Source: Lama glama (lineage: Eukaryota). From it: a stretch of 64,000 nucleotides of DNA. The position numbers and the translations under genes were made by a program. The number at the start of each line of letters is the position of its first letter. Position 1 is the first letter of the stretch. Below the pieces are notes generated by a model. The model was not told the origin of the DNA and made no database searches. It was given only the letters and a program-made list of their open reading frames with translations. Location of the stretch: the NCBI GenBank assembly GCA_028534125.1, contig CM052832.1:10542001-10606000 (forward strand), given 5' to 3'. Shown piece by piece: positions 49,586-63,489 of this stretch.

Positions 49586-51849
49586 GACACATATCAGAAG
49601 AGAAACCTAAGATGTGTGTTTATCCAGAATTCCTCTGGGGCCAGAGTTAGAATTATATTGGAGCCTTTATTTCTTCATTTGATTTGCCTTCAAGTTGCAG
49701 GTACTTTTTTTCAGATAAGAATCTTCCATTTCAAGAAAATGACTAGAGTTTCTTGTGAAAGATGGCAATAATTTTCTGCAAGGCGCCTGGATGTTTTTAC
49801 TCCCATTTGGTTTTCTGTTTGCTTTATGTTGCTAACCTGGTGCTGACGGCTACAACAGCCCATTTTCTTGTCCTGTTGAAGTGCGCGGGATGCGTGGAGT
49901 ATGGGGGTGAGTGATGTGGGAGAACTTTTCCCTGTGGTTTCCTGGCTGGTAAGGAAGGTGGGGTCAACACTCTTTGAAAGTGAAGTTATGAAGGTTTTTC
50001 CAAGTCTGAGAGCCTCCCTCACTGCATCATATAGAGTTGCAGAAGCCTGCAATATGATCTGGGACCACTGTTCAAGCCTCCTTCTCCCATGTCCTTCCCT
50101 CATCAAAGCTCACCAGTTCAGTGTCCTACTCCATCTGTGTCCTGCTCTCTACCAGCTAAGCAGATCCTAAGCCTGATGATGGTACCTTTCCGAAGACCAA
50201 AGCGGTCTCAAAGGAAATTTAGCAGCCAGACCCATGGATGTCATCTCCCCTCCTCTGCCAGGGTGACCCCCAAGGGTCATATTTACCTGTCAAACTGGGG
50301 GTAACCGGACAGGACGGGCAGGGGCTGGTGGGGAGAAGCATGCTGAAAAGGGCTCCAATCAGAACAAAGTCCATTCTGCTCTGCTCCAGGCCCAGTGGTT
50401 CATATACCCCATCTTGTCCCGCTGCCAACAGCAGTAATCCATCTTCAGTGGCCGCTCTTGTTTGTGTTATCAGCAGGAATCAAATCTGGCAAAATGGCAG
50501 GAAAAAGTGCTTGCACGGGGCTTTTCAGCAAAATTCAATTAAACTGGGGAATTGGACTTGAAAATGAGCCACTTTGCTCTCTCCTCAACTCAGAATATTT
50601 CCTCCCTTCCTGCACACACTGGGCCCTTTCTGAGGGTAGCCCAGGCCTGGGACGCCGATGGACGTCAGGGAGAGGAGCCCTGGTACCGGTCACTGGGCGC
50701 TGGTATCTCCTCCAAATCCCTCCTGTGATGGAGGGTCTGGGAGTTCTAGCTTCCAAATGGCATATGCCGACCGAGGCAGCCCAGCTGGTCAAAGGCAGAG
50801 CTGAAAGAAAAACTCTAGTATCTCTGGCTCCCAGACACAGCCTACTACTCCATGTTGCCTTGAGGAAGGTCTACCCTGATCTTCTAGGCTCTCACCCTAT
50901 GGAAAGCTAAGCTTCCTCCTGTCGATCCAAGCAAGGCAGCTGCAGACTCAGCTCCACTGCAGAGTCTGACCCCAAAAGCACAGAGGGGTTTCCCTGGATG
51001 GCAGGTGCCATTTAGACCTGCTAGTGCTCAGCCTGGATGCCTCAGAGGACACAGCACCCTCCTCCCTTGGAGCTGCCCCAGGTGGCTGCCGCCTGTCCCC
51101 GGGGACAGTTTGCAGTTCTGCTAGAGATCACCTTATTAGAAGCCTGAGCGGTGCCAAGGTACTAGTGGTAGCTGTGATTTCCAACCCTAACCACTATTCC
51201 AGCTCCTTTCATTCTCACAACAAATCTAGGCGGCATCACTGTCCTCTTGAGTATGTTAAAGCCCAGTGAAGTGTGTAGGGTCATACAGCTAATGTGGATC
51301 AGGAATTTGAAACCCGTGTCTGTCAGTCTTGGAACCCTTGAACAGCGCTGCCGTCTGTTCCTACTGTCAGACTTTTGGAGAGCTTCCCCCTTCCTCATAT
51401 TCTATGCATCCTTTTCGAGGCAGCCTCCCAGGGATCAAGTTCCATTCCTTCCACAAACCCTGAAACCACATACTCCAGGGCACTGCAAGGGAGGTTTTGT
51501 AAAGTCCCATCTTTTATTATCTCTGTTTGGAACTAAAGAAAAGAAAGCAAGAGTCAGTCTGTGTATGGGGGAGTTTTCTATAGGATATTATTGGAATTTG
51601 GTCTCCCTGGAAAAGGTCATATGATGATATTTAGGGTTAGATAGTGAATATATTTTGACTTGAAATGTGCAATGAGTCAGAGTTAATTCTGTGTTGGTTG
51701 TTGAGACCTAGCCCGAAGAATGCTTTCATTCCTCAGGTGTTAACCAAGGTGGCCTTTCTGAGCGTGGGAACGCGGCTGCTTCAGTGTTGGTTGGATTCTC
51801 TGCCTCACCAGCCTCAGGAATAAATAAGGCAATGAGAATTGTTTTTAGT

Positions 51850-52260
51850 AAATCGCTTAGGCAGCAAGTAACCAAATATCTGACCGAAGTGTTTCAGTGG
51901 TAGGGGTTTATTCAGGTCACATAACCAGAGGCCCACAGGAGGTAATTCCAGGTTTGAGGCAGTGCAGTGATGTCATCAAAGCCAGGCGTTCTCTGTCCGC
52001 TCTGCCAGGGGACCACATTGTCTCTTAAGGTTGCAAGATGGCTGCCCAGCTCCCAAGCAGCTGAGAGGGAGGCACCTTTCTCCTCGGAGGAAAATATTTC
52101 CCGGTGCTCTCCCCCTCAGGCTGCCTTGTCATCACATTGCCAGAGGAGGGTTACATGCCAGTGCTAGACCAACCACTGGCAAGAGGTAATAAGATTATCA
52201 TGACTGAGTTAGACCAAATAGGTTTCATCCTCTGGGGCTTGGCACAGTCCCATCCCAAAC
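51850..52260 (-). mobile_element. MLT1 (J/K-like) LTR
   Basis: ggcagcaagtaaccaaata...ggttgcaagatggctgcc...cattgccagag...ttacatgcc...ccaaccactggcaagagg. Confidence 0.65.
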
Positions 52261-52440
52261 AGATGTTGCGTCAGAAGGGAAGAAGGGTCGCCACAAGCAG
52301 CAGGGTGTTCCTCAAGAAGTCAGCATCCGCTTCTGAAGTAACCAGTAAACAGCTGGTCTTGAAATGTTAGATGGGACCTGAGGGTGGGGTTGGGGAGCAG
52401 AGATAGGGGTGGAAGAGGATCTGGTCACAGCAGGATCTGA

Positions 52441-52940
52441 NNNNNNNNNNNNNNNNNNNNNNNNNNNNNNNNNNNNNNNNNNNNNNNNNNNNNNNNNNNN
52501 NNNNNNNNNNNNNNNNNNNNNNNNNNNNNNNNNNNNNNNNNNNNNNNNNNNNNNNNNNNNNNNNNNNNNNNNNNNNNNNNNNNNNNNNNNNNNNNNNNNN
52601 NNNNNNNNNNNNNNNNNNNNNNNNNNNNNNNNNNNNNNNNNNNNNNNNNNNNNNNNNNNNNNNNNNNNNNNNNNNNNNNNNNNNNNNNNNNNNNNNNNNN
52701 NNNNNNNNNNNNNNNNNNNNNNNNNNNNNNNNNNNNNNNNNNNNNNNNNNNNNNNNNNNNNNNNNNNNNNNNNNNNNNNNNNNNNNNNNNNNNNNNNNNN
52801 NNNNNNNNNNNNNNNNNNNNNNNNNNNNNNNNNNNNNNNNNNNNNNNNNNNNNNNNNNNNNNNNNNNNNNNNNNNNNNNNNNNNNNNNNNNNNNNNNNNN
52901 NNNNNNNNNNNNNNNNNNNNNNNNNNNNNNNNNNNNNNNN
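52441..52940. other. Assembly gap (500 N)
   Basis: Run of N. Confidence 1.
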
Positions 52941-53974
52941 GGCCCATTGTCCTGGCACCGTTTCCTCCAAGGAGCTGCTTTTAGCTCGGCCTCGGTGGTG
53001 TCAGCATCTCCTCCCACCCCTGGGTAATTTTTCTCCCAGAGGGGCGGAAGCAAGCAAACCACAGAGCTGTCGCTGCGCAATGAGAGCCAGAGGCCTGGGC
53101 AGGGTTGGGAAGCAGCGCTTTAGGGAGTTTTTCTGCAGACGCAGAGATGGATGCCCAGGAATCGATCCCTTCTGAAGATGAATCACGGTGAGATGCACAA
53201 AGAAAACCCCTTTGGTCTGAACAGGCAGATAATGTTTCTGACAGGGCCTCTGCTCCAAGTCAATTTGTTGTGATTGGTGGGAGAGAGAGAGAGGAAGAGA
53301 GAGAATATCGTGTTGTATTTGATGGCCAGCCAGATTAAGTTTGGATTTATCTTTTCCTTTAGAATTAGCAATGCACCTATATCCGTTCAGGTAATTAAGA
53401 GGTAACCTGGGGGAATTCATAGCATGCCCTGCATTTTCTTGATGCATCACAAGATCAGGCTTTTTCTAATTATAATCTTAGAGTCAGAGAATCTCAGAAC
53501 TTGATTCATCAGAGTTGAGCAGAAACCCTAGAAGTTTCTCCAGTTCTGCCCCTTCCATTGCATAGATGGAAAGACAGAGGCACCGTAGGGCCTACTCAAG
53601 GTCAAGGGTACATATGCTTCTACCTGCACAAGGGACCAGGTGGAACTGCCCACGTCCCCAGGGGTGGAAGGTCCCCATGGCCAGGCTGTGCCAATTCAGC
53701 ATCCTCCTCTCTGATTCTGCCTCTCAGTGACCAGGGCTACAGCTTTTTATCTGGAGTCTCTACCAGTCTGTTTGGAGAGTGGAACAAGAGGCAGAAGAAA
53801 AGCAGCCATCTTTGATATTTGTACCAACTGTCTCCTCCTTGGTGCTTCTGGAAATGCACCACCAGACGAGACAGGGTGGAGGCCAGCTTATGAGGCAGGT
53901 CCTTCAGAGACCCAGGAATGTAGAGAGTGACAGTTTCTGAAAACTCACCCCGGGAAGCATATGGCCCATAGAAA

Positions 53975-54165
53975 AGCAGTTCTCAGCCAGGGGTATTTTG
54001 GTAATGTCTGGAGATGTTTTTGGTTGCTTCCCTGGGGATTTCTACCGGCACCTAGTGGGTAGGGGCAAGTGATGACACTGAACATCCTGGGATGCAGGAT
54101 CAACTTCCACAACCAAAAAGTTATCCTACTCAGAATGTCAGTAGCACTGAGGTTGAGAAGCCTCC
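53975..54165 (+). mobile_element. MER20 DNA transposon
   Basis: cagttctcagccagggg...ggtaatgtctggagatgtttttggttg...ggcacctagtgggtagggg...aatgtcagtagcactgaggttgagaagcct. Confidence 0.85.
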
Positions 54166-57100
54166 CCTAGAGGGAGTGACCCATCTTGTTCACCTCCCAT
54201 CTACACAGCTCACACTCGAGTGTGGAAATGTTCATTGTTTTGCTGGTGTAGACCCAGGTATTGCTCCCACTGAGTCAGAGGGTAGAGTCACTGGGGGTGA
54301 AGTGGGAAACCTCTGGATGAGCTGAGTCCTGCAGCTGATGGTGGTGGCGGATCCTGTTCATCTGGCTGTCCCCTCCCTCCCTCCCTTGCTGGTCATCTGA
54401 CAGGATGACCTTTCCAAAAAGAGGACTCATTTTTCAAGGGCACTGCAGGTGCTAATGTGTCTGCTGGCACCCCAAACTCTCTCTCCAAGGTCATTTGTAG
54501 GAGGCATGTTCATGACTTCAGTGGCTCTCAGTGAGGACTTCCCCTTGCTACCTGAGTTCAGGAAGGAGGAGAGAAAGAGGACAACCTGGACTTGTTATCC
54601 TCTGACCTCTTTCCTTTCCATCCTTATCTTCTATAGTCTTACCCTTTTCCTTCCCTTTTATCCATCTTCTGATCCAACTCCTTCTGACGTAGGCCCTTGC
54701 CAAATGTCCTCTGATATTCTTGATGCCTCTCTCCTGCCCAAAGCTGAATATTGTACAGATCAAAGCAAAGATTTCATCCTTTCTCCTTGGAACCTAGAGC
54801 CCACGTGGACAGTTACCACCAGCCTCACTTCCTGCACTCTGGTATATTAGGTCAATGTGTTGAGATCCTACTGATATTGGCTAATGGCCCAGGGTCCCTC
54901 CCCAGAGCACAGCCCCAGGGTGGCCTCACAGTGCTGACCCTTCTCCTGGCCACTTCACCTGTTGACAGAGATGGACTCAAGGAACTGCTTAAGGAGTCTG
55001 GAAGGACAGTAGCTATAAACATGAGATATGTGGATCAATGTTTATACAATTTACTGGCGTGTGTGACTCAGGCAGTGAGAGTGTGCACATTTGTCACATG
55101 GAGTGGCAAGGGGCTGGCTGCAGGGGAACATTTTCCCTCCATCTTTGTGAATTACAAAGCCCTCTTCCCTCAAAGGTAAGCTTGGGTAGAGAAGCTGGAA
55201 GAGTTGGGGTTCGCATGCAGTCCACACAGACACTCATTCTTGTCCATATTTTATTCTGTTTGGGTTATGAGTCCAGAGAGGTGGAAGTAAAGAATACCAA
55301 GAGAAGGAAGTGGGAAGGGGCACTTCCAGGATCTTTTTATGCAGTCCAGCCAGAGTCTTTTCCAACCCAATAGTGGATATTCAGGTGAGAGAAGCCAGGG
55401 ACGAGATCAGGAGAAACCCCCTTGGCCCTTCCTCCCCTCCTCCCCGTGTCTCTTTCACCCTGCCTTACTTCCTCCCTGTGAGTACCCACCTTTTCCCCCT
55501 CACCTGTCTTCTCCAAAGTTCCACTTACGGAGCCTCAGTTGTGTGTGTGCAAAAGCACAGGACCCCCTGGAAGATTAATAGGCTTTGTCCCCAAGATATG
55601 CCTGTGTGTGCAAACCTCACCACAAGGGCTGTGAGGGGGATAATGAAATTAAATTAAATGGAGCACAATGTAGCTAAATTATAGCATTTAGATGCCATAC
55701 TGGCTGAGAATATACCTTCATGTTTAATCACCAAACATTCTGTCAAGCATTCTTGTTAGCCTTGAATTACAAATAAGGAAACTGAGGATTAGATAAGATA
55801 AACCACTTGCCTGAAGGCTCCCCACTGTTGAGTGACAGAGGTTTTTATGACTACAAAGCAGAAGCTCTTTCTGCAGCACAAAGAGTTGACAAGAGGTGTG
55901 TCTGAATACCTGGGACTGGAGAGTTACTGTCAGTGAGGCAGGCATATAGATCTGGGGTTCCCACAGGCCCAGGCCTATAGATCGAGAAAAGGGGGAGGAA
56001 GCAGGATGGTTGAAGAGGGTGGAAGAGCAGGGGTAGCTGTGGGGGGGATGGGCATGAGGCGTGCAGGCCCACGGGGGCTGCCGGGCCAGAGCCTCTTGGA
56101 GGACCAGGGGCAGAAAGATGCCTTCGTCTGTTCCCTCCTTGGACCTCTCTCCATCTCTGCCTCCATTCCTCGACATCGGTCCCTCCTAGAGCTGATCCTC
56201 AGCACCTCTCATCCCACATACATACACTAAGGAGTCTTCCTGGGGAACTGGGAAGCTCCCAACAGGCATGAAAAGACCTGGTCAAAGGCTCTAGCCCCAG
56301 AGCTCACTCTTTCTCGCATCACTCACTCCTGCTCCTCTGCTCCTCTGGACACCAGCCCCACTGGGGTGTGACCACATGGGACCCCATCTGTGAGGACCAC
56401 AGAATTTGTGGGTCATTTGGTCAACCCTCAGGACCCAGGAGTGGGAAACTGAGACCCAGGGAAGGGCCATGAATTTGACCAAGGACGCCTAGTGGCAAAG
56501 AGTTGGAGAGGGGTGATGACATATTGGTCTCCTGACCCAGGCCAGACTCTTCCCCTCAGCTGCAAATGCAGGGCTGGGAGGGCACTGGCACCACCAGGGC
56601 ATGGCCAGCGGGGCCGTAGCCTGAGACACAACCTGCCTCTTCCAGAGTCAGTCCCAGCCGCTCAATTTCCAGAGGCTTGCCTTCCCTCGCTGGTTTACCG
56701 TTTAGTGTTTTTAAAGCACATCTCAGTTTAGTGCTTTTGCTACAGTAAATATCTAATAATCATTTCAGACTCTATTACTTGTCTCACAAAATAGTGTCTG
56801 GAAATAGTACTTATTCCACTTTGTGCTGGGAGAGAAAGTCTCAGAAGAGGTCTGCAAATGCCTGTCACATCTCAAGTGTGGTTGATTGTTTGTGGTTCAG
56901 AGAGAAGGGGTGGCCCACTGACTGGCACCTGGGACTGATACTTATTCTAGCTTTGGGGATATTGGTGCTTTTATTAACCTGGTTCTTCCAGTCTCTACTT
57001 CATAAAAGCTGCTGATAATATGTGTGTGTGTGAGTGAGAGAGACTTAAATATTTACAGATTAAAGCAAATCTTTGAGTATTAATATAAAAATGTATTGTC

Positions 57101-57439
57101 ACATGTCATCTTGCCAGTGTGCATGTATCTGCATATACACACATGTTCAGTCATGAGAGTGGGTCCACGTTTTTAATTTTCACAACCAGCTAGTAGTCGC
57201 CAAAATTGTTCCTGCAGAGAAGAGCACAGTTAGAATGGCTGGTCATGGTAATCACATCGTGTTTACTGCTTACAAGTTACTCTCATACTCATTATCTCTG
57301 TTGATTCTCACCACCTAGATATTTTCATGCCCATTTGACAGAGGAGCCTACGGGAGCCCAGAGAACCCAGAGAACCCAGAGCATGGACTGAAGTTCCAAC
57401 ACCAAGTGTCGGGCTTAAATTCCATAGAGCCTAAAGACA

Positions 57440-57700
57440 CCGGATTCAGAAGCATTAGCTGTGGTGTCAGATTTGAATCCTGGCTTCAGCACGTGCTAGC
57501 TGTGAGGATTGGGGTAGGGAATTATCTTGCCAGATTCATGATTTTCCCATCTGCAAAATGGGGATCGTAGTATATACCTGCCTGTCTCATAGGAGGGTTG
57601 TAAAGGATAGATAGCTGACGTGAGAATGATACAGGTGACAGATGTGAACACTCCACACTGTGGCCCATTGCAGGCACTTGTGTTTGCTTTTACTATTATC
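57440..57700 (+). mobile_element. MIR
   Basis: tttgaatcctggctt...ctagctgtgag...ttttcccatctgcaaaatggggat...cataggagggttgtaaagga. Confidence 0.8.
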
Positions 57701-57789
57701 ATATGATCCAGTTTCCATCATCCTGTCTGCAGTCCCAGCAACATGAGAGCCCTTCCCTTCACCCTGGATCAACCGTGGTGTCGCTTGAT

Positions 57790-58252
57790 CAGCATTGCTA
57801 CATTTTGCTCAAGGGCCCCTTTACACTATTAAATATTACTGAGGACTCCAAAGACCTTCTATTTAGGAGAGTTATTTCTGTTTTTATCCACTGAGAAATT
57901 TTTAAAAAATACTATATTAAAATAATGATAACAAAGCCATTAGACATTAACATAAATAATATTTTAGATAAAATAACTATATTTTACCAAACAAATTTGT
58001 AAGAAGAGCGGCCTTCTTCATTTTTGGAAATCTCTTTAATGTCTGCCTTAGTTGAAGACAGCTGGAATCTCAGATCTGTTTCTGCATTCAATCTGTTGTG
58101 ATTTCACGAGTCAGGCAGCCTCTGGAAAACTCCACTGCACATTCATGTGAAAAGAAGAGTGGGAAAGGCAATTAACATCTTAGTATTATTATAAAAATAA
58201 TTCTGACCTGATGGTCCCCCAGAGGTCCCAGCCCATGCTTTGAGAACCCCTG
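57790..58252 (-). mobile_element. Charlie1-like hAT DNA transposon fragment
   Basis: aaatctctttaatgtctg...gaagacagctgga...tctgcattcaatctgttg...gcctctggaaaactccactg...catcttagtattatt...ctttgagaacccctg. Confidence 0.75.
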
Positions 58253-58519
58253 CATGAGATGAACATTGAGCTCCCTCCCTGCCCAGGCAGGCTGTGACTC
58301 TCTACATTTCTGAGTGTATCTGAAAACTTAAAATTGACTATGTGAAAGCAACCAAATACTTCCTCAGATTTCTCTCTAGGGACAAACACTCTTGGACCTA
58401 ATAGTGATAAACTAAGGTTTGGCTACTTCTAAGCTGAGCCATCAATAGTTAACAGCCTCTTCAACTGCATCCACCATTGCCCTAGACTGAGAGGCTGTTG
58501 ACTGATCAACACCATATGT

Positions 58520-59400
58520 TGTGTCGTCCAGAGCCCACGTCAATGTAAAACACAGAAAACCAAGCTCAAAATGATTTCAACCATCAGTGAATTTAACAAG
58601 AAGTCCCAGGGTTGAGAAGTTACAGTGTTGGTTGTTTCAGAGATTCAACAACAATCCTTAATGACCCAGGTCCTTTCCATCTGTTTTCTTTGTAGGCTGA
58701 TTATACCAGCCTTTTCTGTCATGTTCACAAGATGGCTGCAGCACTTCCCACCATCGCATGCAGACACAAAAATATCATTATCAGATATATTATTGTTTCC
58801 TTAGGGTCCTTTGTATGAGTGGGGAAGGTTTCTCCCAGCTAACTTTCCTTTGAATGCTGTTGGCCAAAGTGAGGTCACATGCTGTGTTATTGTCCTAGGG
58901 CTGCTGTAATGAAGTACCACAAACTGGGTGGCTCAGAACTACAGAAGTTTATTGTCTCATGGTTCTGGAGGCTAAAAGTTGGAAATTAAGGTTTCAATAG
59001 AGGCTATTCCCCCGCTGAAACCTATAGGGGAAGGATCCGTCCTTGCTCCTGCAACTTCTGGTAGTCCCCAGTCCTTCCCTGGCTTGTGGCAGCATCACTC
59101 CAATCTTCATGCGGTGACCTTGTCATCCTGCTGTGCGTGTCTGTGCCTGTGTCCAAATTTCTACCTTTTTATAAGGATACTAGTCACATAGGACTAAGGC
59201 CCACCCTAATGACCTCATCTGAACTTGATCATCTGCAAATACCCTATTTCCAAATGTCACATTCACAGGCGCTGGGAGTTAAGACTTCAACATTTATCGC
59301 TTTTGAGTGGGGGGAGGCACAATTTAACTCATAATGCCTGCCCTTTCTTGCATCACTGACCAGGGAAATGAAGACATTGCAGTTGGCTGCCAGTGGTCCT
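58520..59400 (-). mobile_element. Old MLT1 LTR with a younger MLT1(A-C) LTR nested at ~58884-59335
   Basis: Outer element: gacccaggtcctttccatct...cacaagatggctgcagca...ttggccaaagtgaggtcacatgc, resuming at ~59336. Inner element: cctagggctgctgtaa...gtaccacaaactgggtggct...ggcccaccctaatgacctcat...ggggaggcacaatt. Confidence 0.8.
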
Positions 59401-61609
59401 CAACCAGGATGTAACAGCTTCAGTGGGAGGCATTTCAACACGTGGGGAAGAATTTTTAGAAGTTCTAAGATCTCGGGGTTCCTCTGAGCACACAATCTCT
59501 TGGGGGCAGAAATGCTGCACATCCTGAAATACAAATAAATGCCTGTAGTGCCCCACTGAGAAACACTGGGGACTAATCAAGGGCATGGCACACCTGTGCT
59601 GCACATGTGGCCTCTGAGAGGAGGGTTCACAGAACAAAACCAGAGCTCTGGCAGAGACACAAAAAGGGGAACAGATTCAGAAAGGCCATTAGCCGTGCCT
59701 GCTGACTGTTGCACTGATTTCATTGCGGTGTCGTCCCAAGGGCCTCCAACCCAACCAGAGCAACCACTATCTTCCTCTTTCCCTCTTGATGGCAGTGAGG
59801 AAAGACGGCAGGAATTATTTCCTTCTTTGTTTGAAATATTGTTCTCCCCTTCTGCGCTATGCCCATGCCTACCCTGCACCGTTCGTTTTAGTAATGGAGA
59901 TGATTTTGGGGAGTGGAAAGTAGGGAAAGGGAAGAAGAAATCACTCCAGTTTTGAAACACAGCCCCTACAATATTTTTTTTCCTTTCATTTTACTTTTCA
60001 GGCATTTTGCTCTGTGTTTCGTTTACCAAATCGGGATGCTGTGTGTATTCAAAACCAGACATGCTACTTCTAGGAAAGCAATGTCTATTGCTCTAATAAT
60101 AAAAATTGAAGGGCTGCAGAAAATTGTAAATAAAAGTTACACAGATCTAATTCCCCAATTACAACCACTGTTATCACTCTGTTAGTTCTCTCCAGTTTTA
60201 TTTTTCCTCCCTGAGCATTTTAAAATAAAATATTTGAGGTTAAAATACCACATATACAGATTTTTTTTACCCTGGTTAACCAGTAACATTTACAAGTTCT
60301 ACAGAAAGATAACACAAAGAGTGGCTCAGCGGTATGTAGTATCTGCCAGTAGACTTTCCTAATTTGAAAAGTATAATGATTTAGAACATTAGTGCGCAGG
60401 TTGCTAGAAACAGTGTGCCTCTTCACCCAGGCAGGGTGAACTGGGTGCAGACACAGGGGCTTCTTGTGCCTCCTGAGACTCTGATGGGCTTGTGAGGAGG
60501 CCCCCGGGCCCAGGTGGTGTCAGGTGTTTCCGTCTCCGGAGTCTGCTCTGACTGTGTGATAGGCCTTTCCAGTCCCCTCCTGTGAGGCCTCCAGGATGGA
60601 AGGGACAGAGCTGGAGGGCCCTCAGTGCTGCCTGCCACAGAGCCCACTGTCATCCAGGTCTTGGCAGCACTCAGCGGGCTCACCCCTAAATGCAGCAGAA
60701 GCCTCGCGTGGGGACTGAGTAGCTGGCCCGGGAGGGCTCCTTCCCCGCAGTGGGCTGCTTCCTCCTCCATATGAGGGGGAGTGGGGAGCAGGCTGCCACG
60801 TTCCTTTCCCAGGTCCTCAGTAGCCTCCTCTACCAAGCACTCCTCTCTGCCCTCAACTGAAGGCAGAGCGACCCCCAGCACCACTCCTGCTGCTGGCCTG
60901 GCTCCTCTCTGAAGGCCACTGACCACTCTCCTTATGGCCCCTCCTGAGTATGTGCAGAGTCGGGCTCTAGGGCCTCCAGATGGGCTATGGGACCACCCCT
61001 CCACCCATTCTTCAGAGGGAGAGGGCAATGCTTAGCCCCAAGGAGGACATCCGTGGCCCTGGGGCTCCTTGGAATCACGTCATGGAGACAAGCCCTGGCC
61101 TTGCCCCACCTGCCGGATATCTGCCTCCCTTGTCTTCCAACCTCGGCCCACTGCCCCCCACCTCGTGTTCCCTCCACGCTCCCTCCATGCCACCATGCTT
61201 GCTCCTGCTCCCTCTGCCTCTCCACAGACCTGGTTCACCCTCTGTGCCCGCCCCTCTACCCTGGCCTGTTCCCCCTCCATCCCTTTGTGAAGGGAAAGGT
61301 TAAGTGGAGACACACTCGCCCTGTCTGTTGCGATAGAGACACAGCAACTTTCTCCCCTAATCAATGTGTCAGGCATGATTAGGCTGCCATGAGACTCAGG
61401 CCGCTCACAGCCCAGCTGGCCCGACAGGCTGATAGCTTCCAGCACTGCCAGGACAGGTGCACGAACGTGGACATACACAGACATTGCACATGCGTGCACA
61501 CACACACTCAGGCACACAAAGTCTGCTGAGTCTGGGTCTGGGGCCTCACGGTGACTGGGGAAACTGATTTCAATAGAGAAGTCCATCCCTTGGGTGACCA
61601 ACCCCACGT

Positions 61610-61870
61610 CTGCCACCAATCCTTTCTTCATTCATTAGGCAAGCATGTATGGAATGGCTCCTATGTGACACACCCTGCTGCAGGAGCTGGGAAGTGCCTG
61701 CCCTCAGAAGCCTGTGGGCTGGCAGGGAACACAGCCAGTCATGGGTAAACAATAAAGAAGGGGAGCTTACAGCAGGATGGAAGAGCCAGTTGCGTGGAAG
61801 AAGGACAAGGGAGCTCAGTCTGGGGAGGGGCATGCTGAGGGGCTGGGCTGGTGGTAGGAAGAGACTGGAT
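61610..61870 (-). mobile_element. L2 3' end fragment
   Basis: ttcattcattaggcaagcatgtatggaatggctcctatgtg...cctgccctcagaagcctg. Confidence 0.6.
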
Positions 61871-61884
61871 TCCCCAGTTCTGGA

Positions 61885-62065
61885 AGCTGCTCACCACCAC
61901 CAGCAGACAGCCTAGGTTCAAGCCGCCTCCAGCACTCATGGCCGTGTGAGCTTGGGCAAGTCACTTAATTCCTTTCTCAGTTTCCTCATCTGTTAAAATG
62001 AGTTAGCACACTCCTTGCCCCTGTAAGGTGGTTTTGAAGGGAACCAAGTTAACATAAGTGAACCT
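61885..62065 (+). mobile_element. MIR
   Basis: cagacagcctaggttcaag...gtgtgagcttgggcaagtcacttaat...ctcagtttcctcatctgttaaaatg. Confidence 0.85.
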
Positions 62066-62825
62066 CTCAGGGCAAGCCCTGGCAGGGGTAAGCGGGGAGC
62101 CACCAGGATAGATTCAGCTCAGGGATTGTTCTCACCGGGCAGTTGTCATCTGGAGGTACATCACTTGGTACTAGTTGGCAGAGATGAACAGAACATGGCC
62201 CTGAGGTTGGGGGATGCGGGACAGGTAGGTTGAGAAGCAGGGAGTGGAGGAGGTCAGGCAGGTTGGACTCTGCAAGATGGAAGGCCAGAGAGGTAAGGCC
62301 CACAGTCTTACCCACTTCTGATTTGGGCCAGGCCAGGCCTCCAGGCAAAATTAAATTTCATCCTCCAGGAATATATGTACCCAAACCTCTAAAAAAAAAT
62401 CATTATATGTAAGAGCACAGATTGGCCCGTATAGCTTCTTGTGGAAGTCTGGGAACTTGGGGTCCAGGACACATCTCCCTTATTGGCTCTGCCCCAAAAT
62501 TCCCTCTTCTTTTATACTCTCACCCCTCACTCTTCTTACTTCTCCCCCTACCTGCTCCAGTACAGAGATCCTTAAATGTGGCAGAACTACTACCAGTAAA
62601 CTCACTTGGTGTGGACACCTATAAATAAGTCAAGTGGAAAGTTACACAAACAGAATTGGGACATCCTCAGTTAACACGGGCCCTCTGCTCTCTGTCAGTC
62701 CAGGTCAGGATCCCAATCTCCCACTGCTCAGTTCCCAGAGCTGCTCAACGAGCCCTGGATCTGACATGAGAATCCTCAACCTAAGGGTTTCTGCTTTGGG
62801 ACCACTATGAAACCTGGTGGGAAGG

Positions 62826-62912
62826 GGAGACACACACAGCCCTGTCTTCAGGGACCCTAGTCTGAGGGGGAGACACAGGCCTGCCCTCAGGGAGCCTCAG
62901 TCTAAGGGAGAC
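62826..62912 (-). repeat. ~2 units of the ~39-bp L2-like tandem repeat (reverse orientation)
   Basis: cacagccctgtcttcagggaccctagtctgagggggagacacaggcctgccctcagggagcctcagtctaaggg. Confidence 0.8.
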
Positions 62913-63169
62913 ATTTTAAATAAGCAAACAAACAAAAACAGGACTAAGACACTGAAGAAGAGAATCAGGATTCTCATGTAAGAAGTTCTGCGGCTGTGAC
63001 TCCAAAGTTGCTCCTTCAAGGATCTCACCTCTCCCAGGTGGACTCATTAGCGCTGGGAGTAGCTGCCCAGGAGAACTCAGCACATCTTTCAACCTTCACT
63101 TTCACACTAAGCTTTGTACTCTCCAAAGATTTTTTCATGCCCTTTATGTTGTTGCAGCTTAAACCCCTC

Positions 63170-63330
63170 ACTCTACATACTTTACAAGCCCTGTGAGGAT
63201 TTAGGCAGGGAGTATCAACCTCATCATGAAAGGAGGGGAAACTGAGGTTCTGGGAGTAACACAGATTCCCCAGTATCCTGAGTTGCTTGCCCAGAGCTGG
63301 AACTGGGATCCTGGATTTTGACAAAAGGTC
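63170..63330 (-). mobile_element. MIR fragment
   Basis: gccctgtgagg...ggggaaactgagg...cttgcccagagctggaactgggatcc. Confidence 0.6.
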
Positions 63331-63489
63331 TTCCTTTGTGCCTGAGTTCCCCTCTAGTGCCTGTTTTCTCCTTTTAAAAGCAGAGGTAATTGCAATACGT
63401 ACACACAGAGGCACTGCAGTTCAGGAGGGACCGGGCACGCTCTAAGTTCTCAATGTGCTGCTGCTGTTGCTACTACAACTACTAATTGT

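Noticed and set aside
52312..53080. Long ORFs of 181-237 aa
   Set aside because: Artefacts of the second N gap.
60423..61631. Overlapping 130-200 aa ORFs
   Set aside because: GC-rich sequence open in several frames on both strands, with no recognisable domain or exon structure.
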